DNA from: an uncultured Desulfobacteraceae bacterium
GTDB taxonomy: Bacteria; Desulfobacterota; DSM-4660; Desulfatiglandales; Desulfatiglandaceae
Reading direction: 5' to 3'
Assembly (NCBI GenBank): GCA_964412835.1
Contig: CAYPQJ010000002.1
Coordinates: 2,006-66,005 of the forward strand
DNA length: 64,000 nucleotides
Both the position numbers and the translations under genes were made by a program. The notes below the pieces were generated by a model, which did not search any database, was not told where the DNA came from, and saw nothing but the letters and a program-made list of their open reading frames with translations. Of this stretch, positions 63,694 to 64,000 are shown piece after piece. How positions within the stretch are numbered: position 1 is the first letter of the stretch; each line of letters starts with the position of its first letter.

Positions 63694-64000
63694 ATGAGTG
63701 ATCCTCTCAGAACCCCTTTTTATGATCAGCACCTGGCCCTGAAAGCCAAAATGGTTGAATTCGGCGGCTGGGAGATGCCCCTCATGTACCCGGACGGCAT
63801 TGTTCGGGAGCATCTGAACACCCGCCGGGGGGCCGGCCTGTTTGACGTGAGCCACATGGGCCGTTTTCTGGTCCGGGGAAGAGACGCGCCGGCCTTCCTC
63901 CAACATGTCCTCACCAACAATGCCGCATCCCTCGATATTCAGAACGTAGGCGCTCAGTACACCCTCATTCCCACCGAAACAGGGGGTGCTGTAGATGATG
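63694..64000 (+). CDS. gcvT: Glycine cleavage system aminomethyltransferase T, N-terminal 102 codons (continues beyond the window end)
   Basis: Edge-open ORF not in the track. AGGAG, 8 nt, then ATG 63694. MSDPLRTPFYDQHLALKAKMVEFGGWEMPLMYPDGIVREHLNTRRGAGLFDVSHMGRFLVRG... Confidence 0.9.
   Translation, partial: MSDPLRTPFYDQHLALKAKMVEFGGWEMPLMYPDGIVREHLNTRRGAGLFDVSHMGRFLVRGRDAPAFLQHVLTNNAASLDIQNVGAQYTLIPTETGGAVDD

Noticed and set aside
1-64000. tRNA, rRNA, transposase, integrase, reverse transcriptase, restriction-modification or other canonical defence genes.
   Set aside because: I looked through all intergenic gaps over 100 nt and all ORFs of 60 aa or more. None showed the corresponding cloverleaf-like sequences or catalytic motifs. 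A covariance-model or HMM scan would be needed to exclude small or degenerate ones.

Overview
This 64 kb window is a gene-dense chromosomal segment with about 60 protein-coding genes. By eye I found no rRNA, tRNA, CRISPR array, transposase, integrase or phage genes. The gene content points to an anaerobic, sulfate-reducer-like deltaproteobacterium. This is an inference from the following: ResB/CcsA cytochrome c maturation, an AhbA/B-type siroheme decarboxylase fused in operon with hemL, a Mop-type molybdo-oxidoreductase, many PAS/hybrid sensor kinases, and a UGA-recoded DsrE-family selenoprotein.

Layout:
- 1-19.6 kb: housekeeping genes (serS, ccsBA, lipid synthesis, cspA, hemL, hisIG, engB).
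- 19.7-23.1 kb: two-component genes with what looks like a decayed hybrid kinase.
- 23.1-29.1 kb: a visibly AT-richer accessory island. It holds an HDAC-like deacetylase, a GNAT, a LuxR regulator with a duplicated uncharacterised sensor module, a double-HTH XRE protein and Phd-VapC.
- 29-38 kb: Fe-S, envelope and LytS/LytTR genes.
- 38-48.5 kb: adenine deaminase convergent with a Mop-like oxidoreductase, two more toxin-antitoxin (TA) loci and a large hybrid kinase.
- 49.8-63.5 kb: acyl-CoA metabolism. This comprises a + strand crotonase-like/HMGL-like/Ap4A-phosphorylase operon and a 10-gene - strand cluster with an isobutyryl-CoA-mutase-type B12 enzyme, MeaB, two ACADs, a crotonase and two thiolases.
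- The window ends in gcvT.

Strongest sequence-level observations:
- an in-frame UGA plus SECIS-like hairpin in the DsrE-family gene
- several gene relics (an amt-glnK chimera, a SulP N-terminus, a split hybrid kinase)
- an 11-nt poly-G tract inside an antitoxin gene
- a 20-nt tandem repeat
- three TA promoters with palindromic operators

I see no canonical defence system. The best candidates for undescribed biology are the low-GC island and the three-gene crotonase/HMGL/adenylyltransferase operon. Both are hypotheses only. All homology calls rest on motif recognition by eye, not on database searches.
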